A stretch of 63,886 nt of DNA, the filler included, from Asterionella formosa (taxonomy: Eukaryota): the NCBI GenBank assembly GCA_002256025.1. It is 7 parts of 7 records of this genome, joined end to end, with 100 filler letters (N's around TTAATTAATTAA, not from the genome) between each part and the next. Parts side by side here need not be neighbours in the genome. Positions count along the whole stretch, not along the records: positions 1 to 27,433 come from NKIB01001491.1; 6 more parts are not named here. One strand, 5' to 3'. This document shows positions 11,352-24,478 of the stretch, in pieces (position 1 is the stretch's first letter; each line of letters begins with the position of its first letter). A model generated the notes under the pieces. It was not told the origin of the DNA. It saw only the letters and a list, made by a program, of their open reading frames with translations, and did no database searches. Position numbers and translations under genes: made by a program.

Positions 11352-12092
11352 GTGGCAAGTGATTCGAGCAGGCAGGTGCCATTTGCAATGATTGAAATGA
11401 AATCAGAACTTCAAACCAGTCAGCTTTCCAACCATATGATGAAGCTGGCTAGCTGCAGAACTACATACAAGCAGATTTTTGTCGGAATCAAGACTGACGG
11501 CAGCCGATTTGAACTCAGCCCCAAGGGAAGCACAGATATGTGTTTAGTCAATCTAGAGCATCATCCAAAGGCTCAGGAGATCATCTACGCCACTTCATGT
11601 AAGCTGGTGCGGACCATTCATACCAATGAATGGACGGCATACAATGAAGGGTCGAGTGGAAGTTCTACCTCGACGGGATCAGGCAACACTAACTTGAAGT
11701 TGCGAAACCCTGAATGCAGCGACAACAGCCTTTGTGATATTTGCGAAGGAGACTGCGACAGTGATGATCAATGTAGGAGTTACTTGTTATGCTTCAAACG
11801 TACTGGCAACGAACCTGTCCCTGGCTGCTTTGGAACTGGTACAGTTGGACGAGATTACTGCTATAAGCTGCCCTCTCCAGTTCCATCTATTGGTAAAAAT
11901 GTTTTCGAAAAGTTGCGTGCTCCAGGGTGTTCTAGAGATCGCCCTTGTTTAATGTGTAATGGCGACTGCGACAACGATGATGAATGCGCTGGGAACTTGG
12001 TGTGCAAACAAAAGGATGGACCGGGATATGTTCAGAGTTGTTCGGGGTATGATCATTCAAGAACTGATTTTTGCGTTCCCGCTTCAACCTAG
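11352..12092 (+). CDS. Frustulin-like cell-wall protein with two acidic cysteine-rich (ACR) domains, apparently 5'-truncated
   Basis: Two repeats, CDICEGDCDSDDQC...VPGC...DYCY and CLMCNGDCDNDDEC...VQSC...DFCV, match the frustulin C-E/Q-G-D-C-D consensus. They are preceded by an RFEL...MCL...HHPK...W segment and a Ser/Gly linker. No signal peptide is visible. Confidence 0.75.
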   Translation: MASDSSRQVPFAMIEMKSELQTSQLSNHMMKLASCRTTYKQIFVGIKTDGSRFELSPKGSTDMCLVNLEHHPKAQEIIYATSCKLVRTIHTNEWTAYNEGSSGSSTSTGSGNTNLKLRNPECSDNSLCDICEGDCDSDDQCRSYLLCFKRTGNEPVPGCFGTGTVGRDYCYKLPSPVPSIGKNVFEKLRAPGCSRDRPCLMCNGDCDNDDECAGNLVCKQKDGPGYVQSCSGYDHSRTDFCVPAST

Positions 12093-12103
12093 ATGGTCCC
12101 GAT

Positions 12104-12221
12104 CCGTGGTATTGTAGGCATGGGGAAACATACGAAATGTTTGTGTATAGCAGCCAGGTGGTCTACTTCAGCCGTGGTATTGTAGACATGGGGTAAAATA
12201 TGAAATGTTTGTGCATAGCAG
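12104..12221. repeat. Tandem duplication with 68-bp period, 3' of the frustulin-like stop
   Basis: ccgtggtattgtag(g/a)catgggg...gaaatgtttgtg(t/c)atagcag starts at both 12104 and 12172. Confidence 0.9.
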
Positions 12222-14798
12222 AAAGGGTACGTCAGTCATTCTATGGTATTTCATCAGATTACAATGATTTTAAACTCAATTGATGAACGAATTTATGAAA
12301 GGAAGAAATTGAACAAAGTGTATTTGTCCATTCATTCCCCCTTTTCGACTTTTTATGACACAGTAGAAATTCCAAGGAGGATAACTGTCACCTCGCTCTC
12401 TCCATAAATGAGGTCTTAACATATCCGAAGATAGAACATACCCTAAATTCAACCAATGACAGGTATCTTATCATATGCAAAATTCCACTCTTCAAGTAAA
12501 AAAGGTTACTTTCAACGTTTTCATGTCAAGTTTTGTTTGTTTCATGTTAAGTTTTCACAATGAACTTTTAATGCAAGACTGAATTAGTTGATGTTTCTAA
12601 TAATTCATTTCAAAGTTCAACTGAGATCCTGCTGTCGTGGATAAATCATTAACCACAAGCATCTTGATTTACGAAATAACAACGATATCGCATCTAATTT
12701 CATGCCTTTTAACATCAAATTTTTACAGTTGTGCACATCACTAAAAGAACATACACTCTTCCAGTAAATGAGCACACTCTTCCGGTAAATGAGCTCACTC
12801 TTCCCAGTTTTCATGTAATGTTTCCCACCCATATATTGAATTCAAGATGGAATTTTTTGATGTTACAAGTGATTACTTTATAAGTTCACCATTAGAAATA
12901 TATTGGACTATAGCTACTATTAGGTTACTACCCCAAGTAGGTAACTGTAGGCAATCAAATATTTTTACAGTTGCTGGTGTGCACACCACAATCATTATTC
13001 CTCAAAATCAACACTGGAGTCATGTTGGCTGACAAGGATGTTATTGTTTGCCACATGTCTACCAAAGGTCCATTCAAGTCACATTGCGTTCACCAGCATA
13101 TGGACATTACTCGTTGTGGAAAGCTGCTGATTTGCCAAGAAAGACAGGCTGTGTCGATTGTGATGACAAAAATACCAAGAAGTTCAAGACGCAGATTCTC
13201 CACGATTTTCGGCATCCTGTCATTCCATTGTACATCTTCCGCCATCGACACCGCCCACTTTGTCTCACGACCACTGCTTCATTAATCACATATGAAAAGA
13301 CGATGTTGGGACATCCCTGTAGGTCAAAATATCCCAGTAGAGCGTCGTCATGGACTGGACTTCAGGAGGGTATGTTGAGATCCATCTGGTTGGCGCTACT
13401 AGTAACAAAAGCATTCAGGGACCAAAATTTCAATCCAGACACCACATTCAGTTTCCTTCATGATGACGGCTTGATTATTTAGCTTCACTATCTAGTAGTA
13501 GTAGTTAGTCTTACTAAATCTAGCTAGCAATAGCATTACTTGGTAAAATAACTCCTCCATTGTTAGCCTTTGTAGCTTCTAGCTAGTTCTCTGACATTGT
13601 TGTTTAGAACAAGCTTTACTAAATCCTTATCTAGAGAATTACAAATAACTCTGTACTTGCTCGAGGTTTGGTACTTCTTTGGTTCATTATACTAAGTTGT
13701 AAGATCCGGAGAAATGAAACTGTGGTATATTGTTATGGTCTCCAGAGCATTTCAGGATGCATGTACCAGTATGTTGATGTTAAAGTATTACCTTTTGTAT
13801 GGATCTATATCGTTAGACAAAGAAGACTATAGATAGAGACGTTCGTTTCTCTTTCCGTTTCTATATTCTTATTGTGAGTTTACTAATCTAGTTTAGGTTG
13901 TTCTGTTTGAACAAAACAAACGAACTATTCTCCAAATGCTGTTTGCATTTCTAGGAACATACAATCATAGATAGACCCATGTCTATCTCACACTTACTGA
14001 TCATAGGTTTTTAACCATGATCATTCATTTCAAACTATCGGTCTTCCGAAATAGCTTATATTGTCTGGCTCATTATAGTCGGAGTAACAAGGTATAATGT
14101 GTGATTGATGAGAGCTTGGTACATCAAAGTTGACTCATTCGAATCGGTTGACTCGTTTGACTCGGAGTCCTAACTACGTAGATGAGCTCACTTTGACTTT
14201 TTGACAGTACAAAATCACTAAATTGCTATGGTGCGAACTGGTGTGCATGTTTACATTGGGATGTCGCACACAATCGCGCCGTTATTATAATCCACCTGAA
14301 GAAAAGCGTTAAAGGAAGCTTTATAAATTTGCAGTATAAAACTTTATTAATTGATATCATATATGAATATAAAATGTCGGCCCAGCTAAACGAGGTACCG
14401 GTAATTTTATTTTCTTCCGATGTGCCTCAATCAACATTTTCGTGGTCGTTTATGTCAATAACTGGAATACAACATCGATCGGGCGTTACGACATCCTATA
14501 TGTAGATGCGTGTAACAAATGACTTGTTCATAGTAAATATTGTCGTATTGCTAAAATTGAAAAAGTTTGTAGTACAAAATGTAAGATTACCCCGTTATAG
14601 TGGTCTAAGCAGTTCATATGTAATGTGCAGTTTTTGACTGGTACTGTACCAAATCCTAAACTGCATGAAGTGTCTTTGAAAACTGCATGATGCAATGGGC
14701 GTTGATGTGGCGTAAATACCGGTAATACAAACGCGACCACAAATGCCAAAAGTTTCTCCATAAATCTGTCCACTTATTCCATATTCTTTCACCCAGAG

Positions 14799-17788
14799 AT
14801 GACGATTGGTTTCCAAAGGCCCATAGGCGCGAGCGCAGACGTCAGGGAGCTAGAATACATTTCTGCCCTCTGTCAGACGGATATCACTGGAATTCGAACC
14901 GACGGATCCATTATCGGTACGTACACAAAACTTTTGCTCGCATCCTCAAGTTGCTACTTCCAGAGTTGCATTGCTGTATTCTCATCCCTTTGTCACACCT
15001 TTCAGACGAAGACATAGTTCTATTTCTTCGATCTCACTATGGTATTGTCGTCACAGTTGAAGATGTCAAAACAAAAGTTATTCGGGGCTTGGGTGGAGGC
15101 GATGAAGTGACAGATGGTTGCTTGGATCTAATGGAGATTGTTGCTATTCTTTTGATTCCCACATTGCTCAAGGCCGCATCGCGGGATTCTATCCCCGAAA
15201 ATCTTATCCAGCCAAACAAGGATTTGATTCAATCTATTTGGAAGATCATTGTACATGATACTACCGGACACATCCAACCCGAGCCCTTGACGACGAAACT
15301 TATCAAACGTATACTATTCTTTTATGGGGAATCAGATTTGGCATGCAACGAGGATTTGCTAGATGAAATGCTTTTGTCTAGTATCCTGACGAAGGATGGG
15401 CAAAATTTTACTGTGGAGTCATTCACCGAAGCTCTTACTCATGACATTGGTCTTTACGACATAAGAAATGAAAGCAGCAGAACTACAACCTACGACGACG
15501 TCTTTTTGACCAAAAACCATCGTGACGAATGGCAACCTGAGGATGAAGAGAGCACAGATCTCGCCAAGGCGGTTCGGCGGGCGAAAAACAATCTGTCTGT
15601 CGGGTTAGAACGCCGCTACACTGCAGCGCCGATTGATTTTGTTGCGAATTCATATCGAAGCAAGGCGCTAACAGTAACGTTGTTGTCAACATTTGTTCTC
15701 GCAATATTTGGTCCTCTCATCTCGTCGACTCTTTTCACAAAAAAAAAATGTGAAAGCAGACCATCTTACTACGATGCAAGCTGGACTGAGAACTCCGATT
15801 CATTGCGTTGCGGAATTGGTGCTGCCATTATTAATTGGCTGATCACATTCGTCGTCATCAGCGTCGTTGGTCTCGTTACCATTGGTTTAGGGAGCATTGG
15901 GAACGACATTTCGAGCCAGAAATTTTACTTTCCCTTATTTGGCATGTCTACTGTTTTTGGGTTAATTGTTTGGACTGCAAAAAGCCCATTCTCCAAATCG
16001 ATCTCCGTCGCCGCTGAAGAATACTTAAAGGGTACAACTATTCTTCTCGGTGTTCTGGCCATGTTGTTTCATCTGTCACATGCAATGATTCTGTACGTTC
16101 CGAAAGAGAAAAGAGGCAAGTTCCCTCGCCTTGAATCTGCCATTGAATCTGACGGTATTAGGAACACCGTCCGTAAGAAGCGAGCGACAGCCTACAAAAT
16201 CAACATGCTTTCAGAAAATGCCTTGAGCTTGGTCGTTCCAGATGAGACAGATGACATTGTGCACAGTTACTATGGGAAAGGCCTTCTAGCATTCTCAAAG
16301 TACGGTAAGCGTTACGAAGAAATTGGTTTTGTTGGACTACTGAAGCTAGTCTACAAAGACGCATCTTATCAAGAGGAGGGTGTTTTTATATCAGCACGGG
16401 TTGTGGCAGCCAATATATCTCAATATGTTGTTGCCTTGTTTATCTTGATTGCCGGTGTTGGGTTTACAATTGCTACTGAGGACCAATACAGCAAAAATGA
16501 CTTGAAAAATCAGACCAGTACATTCATTAACAAGTTTCTCGATCCCACGGCTCTTAACACGCTTGTGAATCAAACTGTTGCCAACATATCCGCTGAACTC
16601 TCTGCCAGTTCCACTGCCTGTAAAATCAAGACTGATGATATAATGAATTATGTAAATGCCACGGCAAATGCCGCGATCCAAAACCAAATTGATAGCATTT
16701 TTCCATCGCAACAGTACATGATAACTATTCCAATAGTCATGGGCACCATTGCAGCATTTCTGACGGCGCTGTCACTGGCTTTCACTTATTTGCCGTCTAC
16801 TACTGCAACGATATTGAAGCTAAGGAGTGGGGTGATCCCAACGTTTCGAGCACCAAGAGATTTTCAACTAAACCGAAGGGCAAACGATGAAGTTACCATG
16901 TTGATTGGAGGGCTGTTTTGGGGTTGCTTCATTTCCTCGGTATTGGTAGGTTTATTGATTGCAGTAACCTTCTTCCTCCTATTATGGCAAGTGACGATGG
17001 GAGTTGTGCAGCAGGTTTTTGCTTTTCTTATTGGCTTCTTAGTTGTGTTTCTTTTAAAGTTAACCATTGTATGTTTCGTGCGATGCACCTTCTATCAAGC
17101 CTTCTATCGCCGACGGCCAGCAGCGGCCAACATTGCAGCTTTGGCGCTCGAATGTGCAAATCTGGCCTTGTCTGTGGGATTCGTTTTTCTGCGGGCGATC
17201 CGATTCATTGTTTCGGGGGTCCTCTTTATTGGAAGAATTGACACCCCTTTTCTAGCATCTGGCGTTGGAAGAATCGGCAATTTTGAGCTTGACCATTACC
17301 CAACAATTTTCACCAAGGATCTACTTGCCCAAGAAGCGCACGGTCATCCTTACATTGACTTGCTTGGAGTTATGTACTTGATGAAGCTTCGATATGGCGA
17401 GCACTTTGGTAGCCGGGCTGGGTCAACATGGAGACTAATTTTCGTGTATGCACTTATGCCTTGGCTTCATAAGTACCGGGTTCTGACCAAGTCGGCTACT
17501 AAAGTTCATATTAAGGAAAACGAAACAATAATAGGAGAGGAGAGTCACAATGAAAATGAGAAGCTCAGAAACGAAGTAAGAAGACTGACACGACTATTGA
17601 ATGGCGAGAGTGAAAGTTCAGGAAGAGATTTTCCTATTGTCCAGAGCAACATAAAAAGACCAAGTGAGGGGCTGCTGGTCATGAGCAATGACCCTATGAC
17701 ATACGAGGAACGACCATGGGCTGGGCTGAAAGAAAACGACGGGCCAAAAGGAAAGGACCTCAAGGATAGGACCTCAACTAATACATAA
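14799..17788 (+). CDS. Large multi-pass membrane protein with STRA6/RBP-receptor-like C-terminal region (2 exons, ~966 aa)
   Basis: Exons 14799-14916 and 15006-17788; the 89-nt intron GTACGT...TTTCAG joins GSII-DEDIV in frame. Many hydrophobic segments. C-terminal IGRIDTPFL...LDHYP...EAHGHPY resembles the STRA6 'RxD...D.gY...E..hsHP' pattern. The family call is less certain than the gene model. Confidence 0.6.
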
Positions 17789-18881
17789 CACATACATGCA
17801 TGCAGGTAACTGTTGAATAATTTTAAAGGCTTCATCCTCCTCCCCTGGTTAGGTATCTCCTTACATAAACCTTACCTGTTGTAGTACTAGGACTGATATC
17901 CCTTACTGATAGTCTTTGATGATGGGTACAATACATATTTTTGGCAGACTAACAATATCCTAAAAGGGCATACAAGAAATTGAACTATACCATTAATCCT
18001 GTAGTCTATAATCCTGCTGTCTCCCCTTCCAGTCATTTGCCGGTTCCGAATCTTCTGTGTATTTGCCCTCTCCAATTGAATCATTGCCTTATAGTCAAAG
18101 TTAACTCCTACTAAACATTCCCAGTTCCAAGGAAATTGGGCAACCCTAGGCAATCTTTTGCTCAAATCATTGAGCACCTAAATGATCAATGCAGATGAAA
18201 AGGGTGAGGAGCCAAAACAGCCTTGGAGTTGCCTCATTTTGTCTGTTTGATGAGGACCTATTGATTCAACAGTAAATAATTTCAAAAGGTGCTTCTTGGA
18301 TGACGAATTTATTCTCTCCATCAAAAAGGTAATGGAGTATATATCTGTTTTCTTTTTGAGACTGGCCCATGAATAATCCATGTGAAATATCAAGCAAGGG
18401 AGCGATATTTGAATATCTGATGCACAGGTAGTCATGTTGGTCATTTTGTATTTAGGTATGATGTACAAAGATATCTGTTCATATTGACCTACTGGAATCT
18501 AAGTCCACATTTGGTCAAGATACCGGTATGAATGTTCATTCGATATGATGATGAGATTTGAAGATGTTGTGCTGTCCAGTAAGTACTCCGAGTACTGCAT
18601 AATTTAACATCACATTATTAGTGGAATATTCATTTAAATTCTCTGTGTCAAACAGCAAATGTTTTGCCATGATACTTCCTTTCATAATTACCTTTACTAT
18701 GAAACAAGAATCTGCAATCACATGAAAACATGCCACTACTCAACTGACCAAACCAATTATTTCAATACATAATTTGATTAGAAATGATGTGGAAAACAGT
18801 ATCAATTGGTGAACAAGTAAACAGTTCAACTACATATTTATTCATTTTAATTCTGATGTTCTCTTCGATTTAGTGTCCCTT

Positions 18882-21800
18882 CTAGATTCCTTTGGTTCGT
18901 TCACTTATGCGCTTTTCTAGATCTTGGAGGCGACATGCGATTCGCTCGGCAGCATTCGCCTCCTCTCGATCAGTATACTTCAGAGATTGCCCGGAGGCTT
19001 CCTCTCGTGTTGCCAGACTCTCATCCTCGTCAAGTCCACTGCCACCGAATAAATCCTCAACAGCATTGCTCTCCTGTTTCAGTGCTGTTGGCGTTTGGAC
19101 AGTGACTCTTGGAAGAAACATTGTTAAAGGACTATCAAAATCACGTTCTTTTTCTGGCTCCTCTTTATCGCCTTCATTGGTTTCTGCATCGATTTCAAGA
19201 TGACATGGAGAAGGGACTGAGATTCGTGAAGAAAAATTTGATGAACCTGTATTGCAAGAATGATGCGAGTTGTTGCTGGTTATGGGCTGCAGAGGTGAGC
19301 GTTCTGTCGTGTGCGCATTAGACCCTTCTGTTCCTGATTTCTTTGCTAAGCCTTTGTTTCTTGACTCCGGTGAGCTGTTCTCGGTGTCTTCAGATGGAAT
19401 AGTGCACAAACCTCCTCCGTTCGAGGCCCGGCGACTGACATTGGTGCGAAAGGAGGGTCCTGTTGATGAAAAACACGAATCGCTGTCTGAATCTTTTCGA
19501 AATTTAGATCGACGGTTGTTCTTCGCTCTCATGTTTGAATTCCGCATGGTTTCCATTCTGTGCTGTTCTTTCTTCAGGTCATCCTTCACCGCACGAGGTA
19601 AAGTGGAAATAGAAGTTGACATAATATACTTGATCAAGAGCATGATATGCTCCCATGCGACAACGAAGACAATGAGTTTTATTTCCTTACCCTCATTCGT
19701 TTTACCATTGATCCAATTGAGCTGCGAGCTTGTAAATCCGACCAAAAAGCAATTCGTCAAGACAGCAATCACAGTGACAATGTGCAAGACATGCTCCCAA
19801 ACTCCGATACCTCCGGTCTTGACAGCCAGCGGCCGTTTTCTTGTTCGACAAACTTTATACGCATCAAATCTCATACTGAGAAGGTGATTCATGAGACAAA
19901 TCAGCGGTGTGATGGGAAGGACGACACTAAAACAAGTAACAAAAGCGAACTGAATAACAGCCTGAATGTACTCCGGAAAACTGTCATGCTCGGGCATCAA
20001 GACCTCTTCCCACAGATGATCTTGTGCCTGATCAAGAAGGAGCCGCTTGTTGATAAGGCGAACTTTCTGGGCAATAATATCTTCGTTCATGGCTTCTGCT
20101 GGTGACATATCGGCATACTGAGACTCCTCCATTTCAACAAACATTAACTCCTCACGGAGTCGCTTCTTCTGACGTTTCATCCTCCACCGATAGATAATAC
20201 GAGGAAATTGGATTTGGAGGAAGAGACCCCACCAGTGAGTGACAGTAATATAGATGAATACACTTGTCGCAATACGAAGCATTCCGTTTTCGATCGTTCG
20301 CTCGTTGCCGACTGAGAGGAAAGCGTAGTAATATAATGTTGCAAAATAGCAAACGAACCGAAATGAAAACACTTTAATAATCAGGTGTGTGCGATACTCT
20401 GACTCGGTTCGATAATTTTCAAAATCGGTCAATGCAACAGAGATCCTCATAAGGATCAAGTTCAAGAGCGGCAAACACAATCCAAGGGCAGCAGGCAGAC
20501 CAGCAGCGATGAACCAAAAGGCGGGGTTTCGGAGGTCTTCTTTATTTATTGGAACCGACTGTAAAGTCTTTTTTTGACCAATAGCTCGTAAGGAGAAGCT
20601 GAGGTGGAATTCTCCACTTCCAGATGCCGGCGTATGATAGTAGTTGTAAAGCAGTAGATCCCTATTGGCGTGCACTAATAATATGAGATGTAGAGTTCCA
20701 AAAGTGAAAATGAGGGTCAATGGGAAACTGATAAGATACTTCAGATATCGCTTCCAACGTGGGTAGACAACTACCCACTCTTGAGTGACCTTGTCTTTCA
20801 TGTATTCACCATGAAATTGAGGCCGAGTCGTCTCCTTCTCCTTGAGGTCCTTCGTTCCCCAACGGTGAGCCAGAAAGTTACATCTTTTCCTCCAGTTGAC
20901 GAGAACGAAGAAGGACCAAATCATAACTACTACTGAAAAGAGAGGGCGGGTGGGATTATCCCAACCATACTTGAGTTGACAGATCGTTACGATGACTCCG
21001 GCGATAGAGAGAAAAACTAAATGATTTGCACAGTGCTGAAGCCAGGCAAAATCTGAAATGTCTAAATGGGTTAGCATCTGGTCACAAGAAACAAAATTTC
21101 CTATTCGTTCCAAAAAAAGAACTTACAGAAAGCAATTTTTTCTCCAAAATAAAGTTCAATTGAATCCAAAGGCTGATGTAGCGCTCCCACGAAGAAACGG
21201 TGAAGAAAGTTCGGAGGTACATGATCAATCTTACTGCCTAACAGGTTTTGCGATTCCTCATCATTGATTGATCGTTTCGACGCCTCCTTCGTCAATTCTA
21301 TTCCCACAGTCAAACTTCGTCCATCACGGCCGATCCAATTTGAGCGTCGCCAGAAGTAAAACCAGCCATCGTATAGGATGTCTAGTGTTTTGTGCACGTG
21401 AAGTGGGACACGACATTGAATCATGTGCCCAAGTTCTGTGCTCTGCCCAAGTTCTGCTCCAGAATCACGGATGCGGGATCGAATGATAAAATCAATGACA
21501 GTTTGTCGCTGGGACGATCGGAATAAGGCGGCTCCTTCCAGTATGGCTTTTGGGTCGACATCGGCGTCGTCACAAATAGGCTGGAACTGAGCAATGGCGT
21601 TTTCGCGAAAGCGAGCAAACGCGCCATTTCGAGTTTTGAGTTGGATCCGGAGGACTTCCGCCACATCCAAGAGGCGATCATCTGGACAGCGCACTTTTAT
21701 GAGAACCCGTCGAGTATCTATGGCATAAACACGTGAAGTTTCTAGCCCAGCTTGACGGAGTCGACTCCAGATTTGCGTTCCGGGAGACTTGAATCCAAGA

Positions 21801-24478
21801 AAATAGTCGGATGGCGGAGGGGTCGCTCCAGGACCGGCCCGTCCCACCATATATGACATGTCAATCTTTCTAGCCTTGGCAACCATCTTCTCAACCCATC
21901 CAACGGTGGGTGGCTCATGATACACGTCCTTTTGCAAAATGTTGTATCTTTCCGATTCTTCTTCTTGATTATATTTGTTGCCAAAGCCAGCAGCTCGTTG
22001 GGCCGCAAAACGACCAGATGCAACATCACGGTGGAGCAGAAGAAATCCACGAAAAAGCAACCAGTATTCTCCTTCGGTGGCAGCTTCAAAATCTACAGAC
22101 TTGAATTCAATATCACGACCATCACCCGCATACCATCTTTCACTGGCCATTGCCATTTTCGTATTGTTCTTTTTGAATATGGCGGGATTCGATCGCAGTA
22201 TGATTGAAAACGTATGCTGACCATAGTATTCTGACTTAGACTTACGAAGGGATCCCACTCCCAGAGCACCTGTTGACGATCGTGGATCTTTTAGACGAGC
22301 AGGATGGACCGCAATAATATCAGATGCCTTAATAATTCCAGAGTTTTTAACTTTTGTGGCTGCGTCGGTTACGGTTTTCTTTATACCTGTTTTGTGTTCA
22401 TGTCGCTTTCGGTATTGTTTCGCAGCAACAAAATCTGGGATTGAGAATGCGTGCAATTGCTCATCTTCTTCTTGGTGACTCCAGGCCTTGCAGAGATTGC
22501 GACTCATGTCAACATTTGTTTTCTTCGTCTTATTGAACTTGATTCTTTGCTCTCTAAATGCCAGCATGGCTTCGTCAGAATCAATGAAATCGTACTTAAT
22601 GGTATCGCCACCATCCGACGACATGATCATCAGGAAAATAGCTTCTGCTCCAGGTCGATGACGCCTGAGTACGATACCTTTCTTTAGGGCAGACAAAAAT
22701 TGCATCATTCCGTTTGTTCTCACTGCAATACCGCGAGGGATAATTTGAGTGGGAATATCTTCGATTTCAATGCTGTTAGGGTTCTTTCTTTGTCTCTTGC
22801 TAAGCGGCTTTTCATCTTCATCGTCCTTGGTAATAGGGCTTGTTCGAGATGCTATTGTACTTAGTGAAACTGAAGGTCGCTTCCGTACTGAAGATATTCG
22901 TCCCAAGGAACGAATTGGTGGTGAACTTAAATCTCCAGGGGACGACTTTTCGCCAGTTGTCGTCAAGCCGCGATTGCCCCATCGACGCCGTGCTGTCATG
23001 ACCGACATTGGAGGTGTTTCAAGAGTAGATTCTTCAGCAAAGATATTTCGTCTCGATGTCCCCCCTGCGGTCAGTGACATACGCGGAGAAAAGATTCCTA
23101 TGGCCTTTTCAAAGAGACTGAGTCGAGGCTTGACGATGCGAGGGACAGAATCATCCAAAGTGAAACTTTGATTGAAGATTCCTCCAGAGTGCAGCGGTTG
23201 TTGCATGCTTGGTCGTTTTGAAGTGCTTGGAGTGAATTGACCTTGAGTTTTCTTTGAATTGTGCCTTTGTCGCACACCTGCCGATGAGGGCGTCACAAAA
23301 GGCCGTGCATCAATGACATCACCTTCGTCACTATCGTCTGTTCCTTGCGTGGAGGTGGGTGAAACTGATGTTGGCATGTATCCAAGTTGCTCTGTTCGAA
23401 AATCTAGATGTTCTGCCCAAAACGCATACACAGCTTGATCTGCCAGAACTAGTGCGAAATCATAGTGATCTTCATGGTCAATGTTGGACATTGATCCCAT
23501 CTTTTCTTTGTGAGTTTGTTTCAAGTATTCCAAGTCATACTGCTCTTCTGGAAGCGGTGATAGCGGGGCTGGTCTGAGTTCACGCACTCGCTGTGCTGTT
23601 TTCACTGCAGTTTGCGTGGAGAGTCTCGCAATGTGAACGAGTTCGTTGGACGTCATGTATCCGACACGAGTCAGTTCTTGATTCAATTTGCAACTCCATT
23701 CCTTGACTAGCTGAAGGCCCCGTCGTTCCTGTGTTCCTTGCTCCAAATCGATAAAAGACACTGTTTTCTTCGTTTGCCTCGTAGAAGGTACTTGTTGGTG
23801 TTCCAAATCATCAGATTCTACACTAATCTGGGACGATGGTGACATGAGTCCCATTGGAATGCCTTCCCCCACCAAGCAGGATGAGACCAACGATGCTTCT
23901 GCCATACTCGATGCATCGTGAGAGTTGCGTCGAGGATATCGACCACGAGGCGATGGTAAGTGGGAGTATGTAGCACTGCAATCAAGTGATATGCGCCCAT
24001 CAGATTTCGCCGATTGCGGAGATCCAAAAGAAGCTTTGCTACTGACGGAATCCACCAAGGATTCTACTTGTTGTTGTCGCAGCCAAGGGACAGTAAATGC
24101 GGCATACTCCACATCATCGTCGTCGTCATCGCGGCGGTGAGGATGATGACCTTCCATTGGTTGGGTTTGAAACGAGGGCTGAAATGTATTCTCTTGCTTG
24201 ACATGGTTGCCGGCAACAACAGGTGCAGTGTCAGTGTGAATGTGATACATGGGCGTCCTTGTCATGCGATTCACGGTGGCATCGTTGAAGGGAATCTGCT
24301 TCCGAGCAGGAGGTGGTGGAGGGGAGAACATGGCCATGGCGGAAGACCATCCAGGCTTGCTGCTGCTGACTGCTGTTGGTCGGGTTCTGTTTCTGTTTCT
24401 CGTCGCGTCTTTGGGCGTCAACGGGACGACTTCTTCGGATGGATTCACCATTTTGAAGGGAGAGGAGAGATCCATCAT
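18882..24478 (-). CDS. Anoctamin/TMEM16 family protein (2 exons, ~1840 aa)
   Basis: Exons 24478-21127 and 21052-18882; the 74-nt intron GTAAGT...CAG restores QPLDSIELYFGEKIAFYFAW. Also LTDFENYRTESEY, EYIQAVIQFAFV, MRFDAYKV and GIGVW. Confidence 0.92.

Noticed and set aside
17887..18760. Possible decayed coding sequence (also 12950-13480, 34140-35320, 44660-45200, 46150-46600 and 50650-52330)
   Set aside because: Short broken frames with no motif I could identify; a translated homology search is needed.
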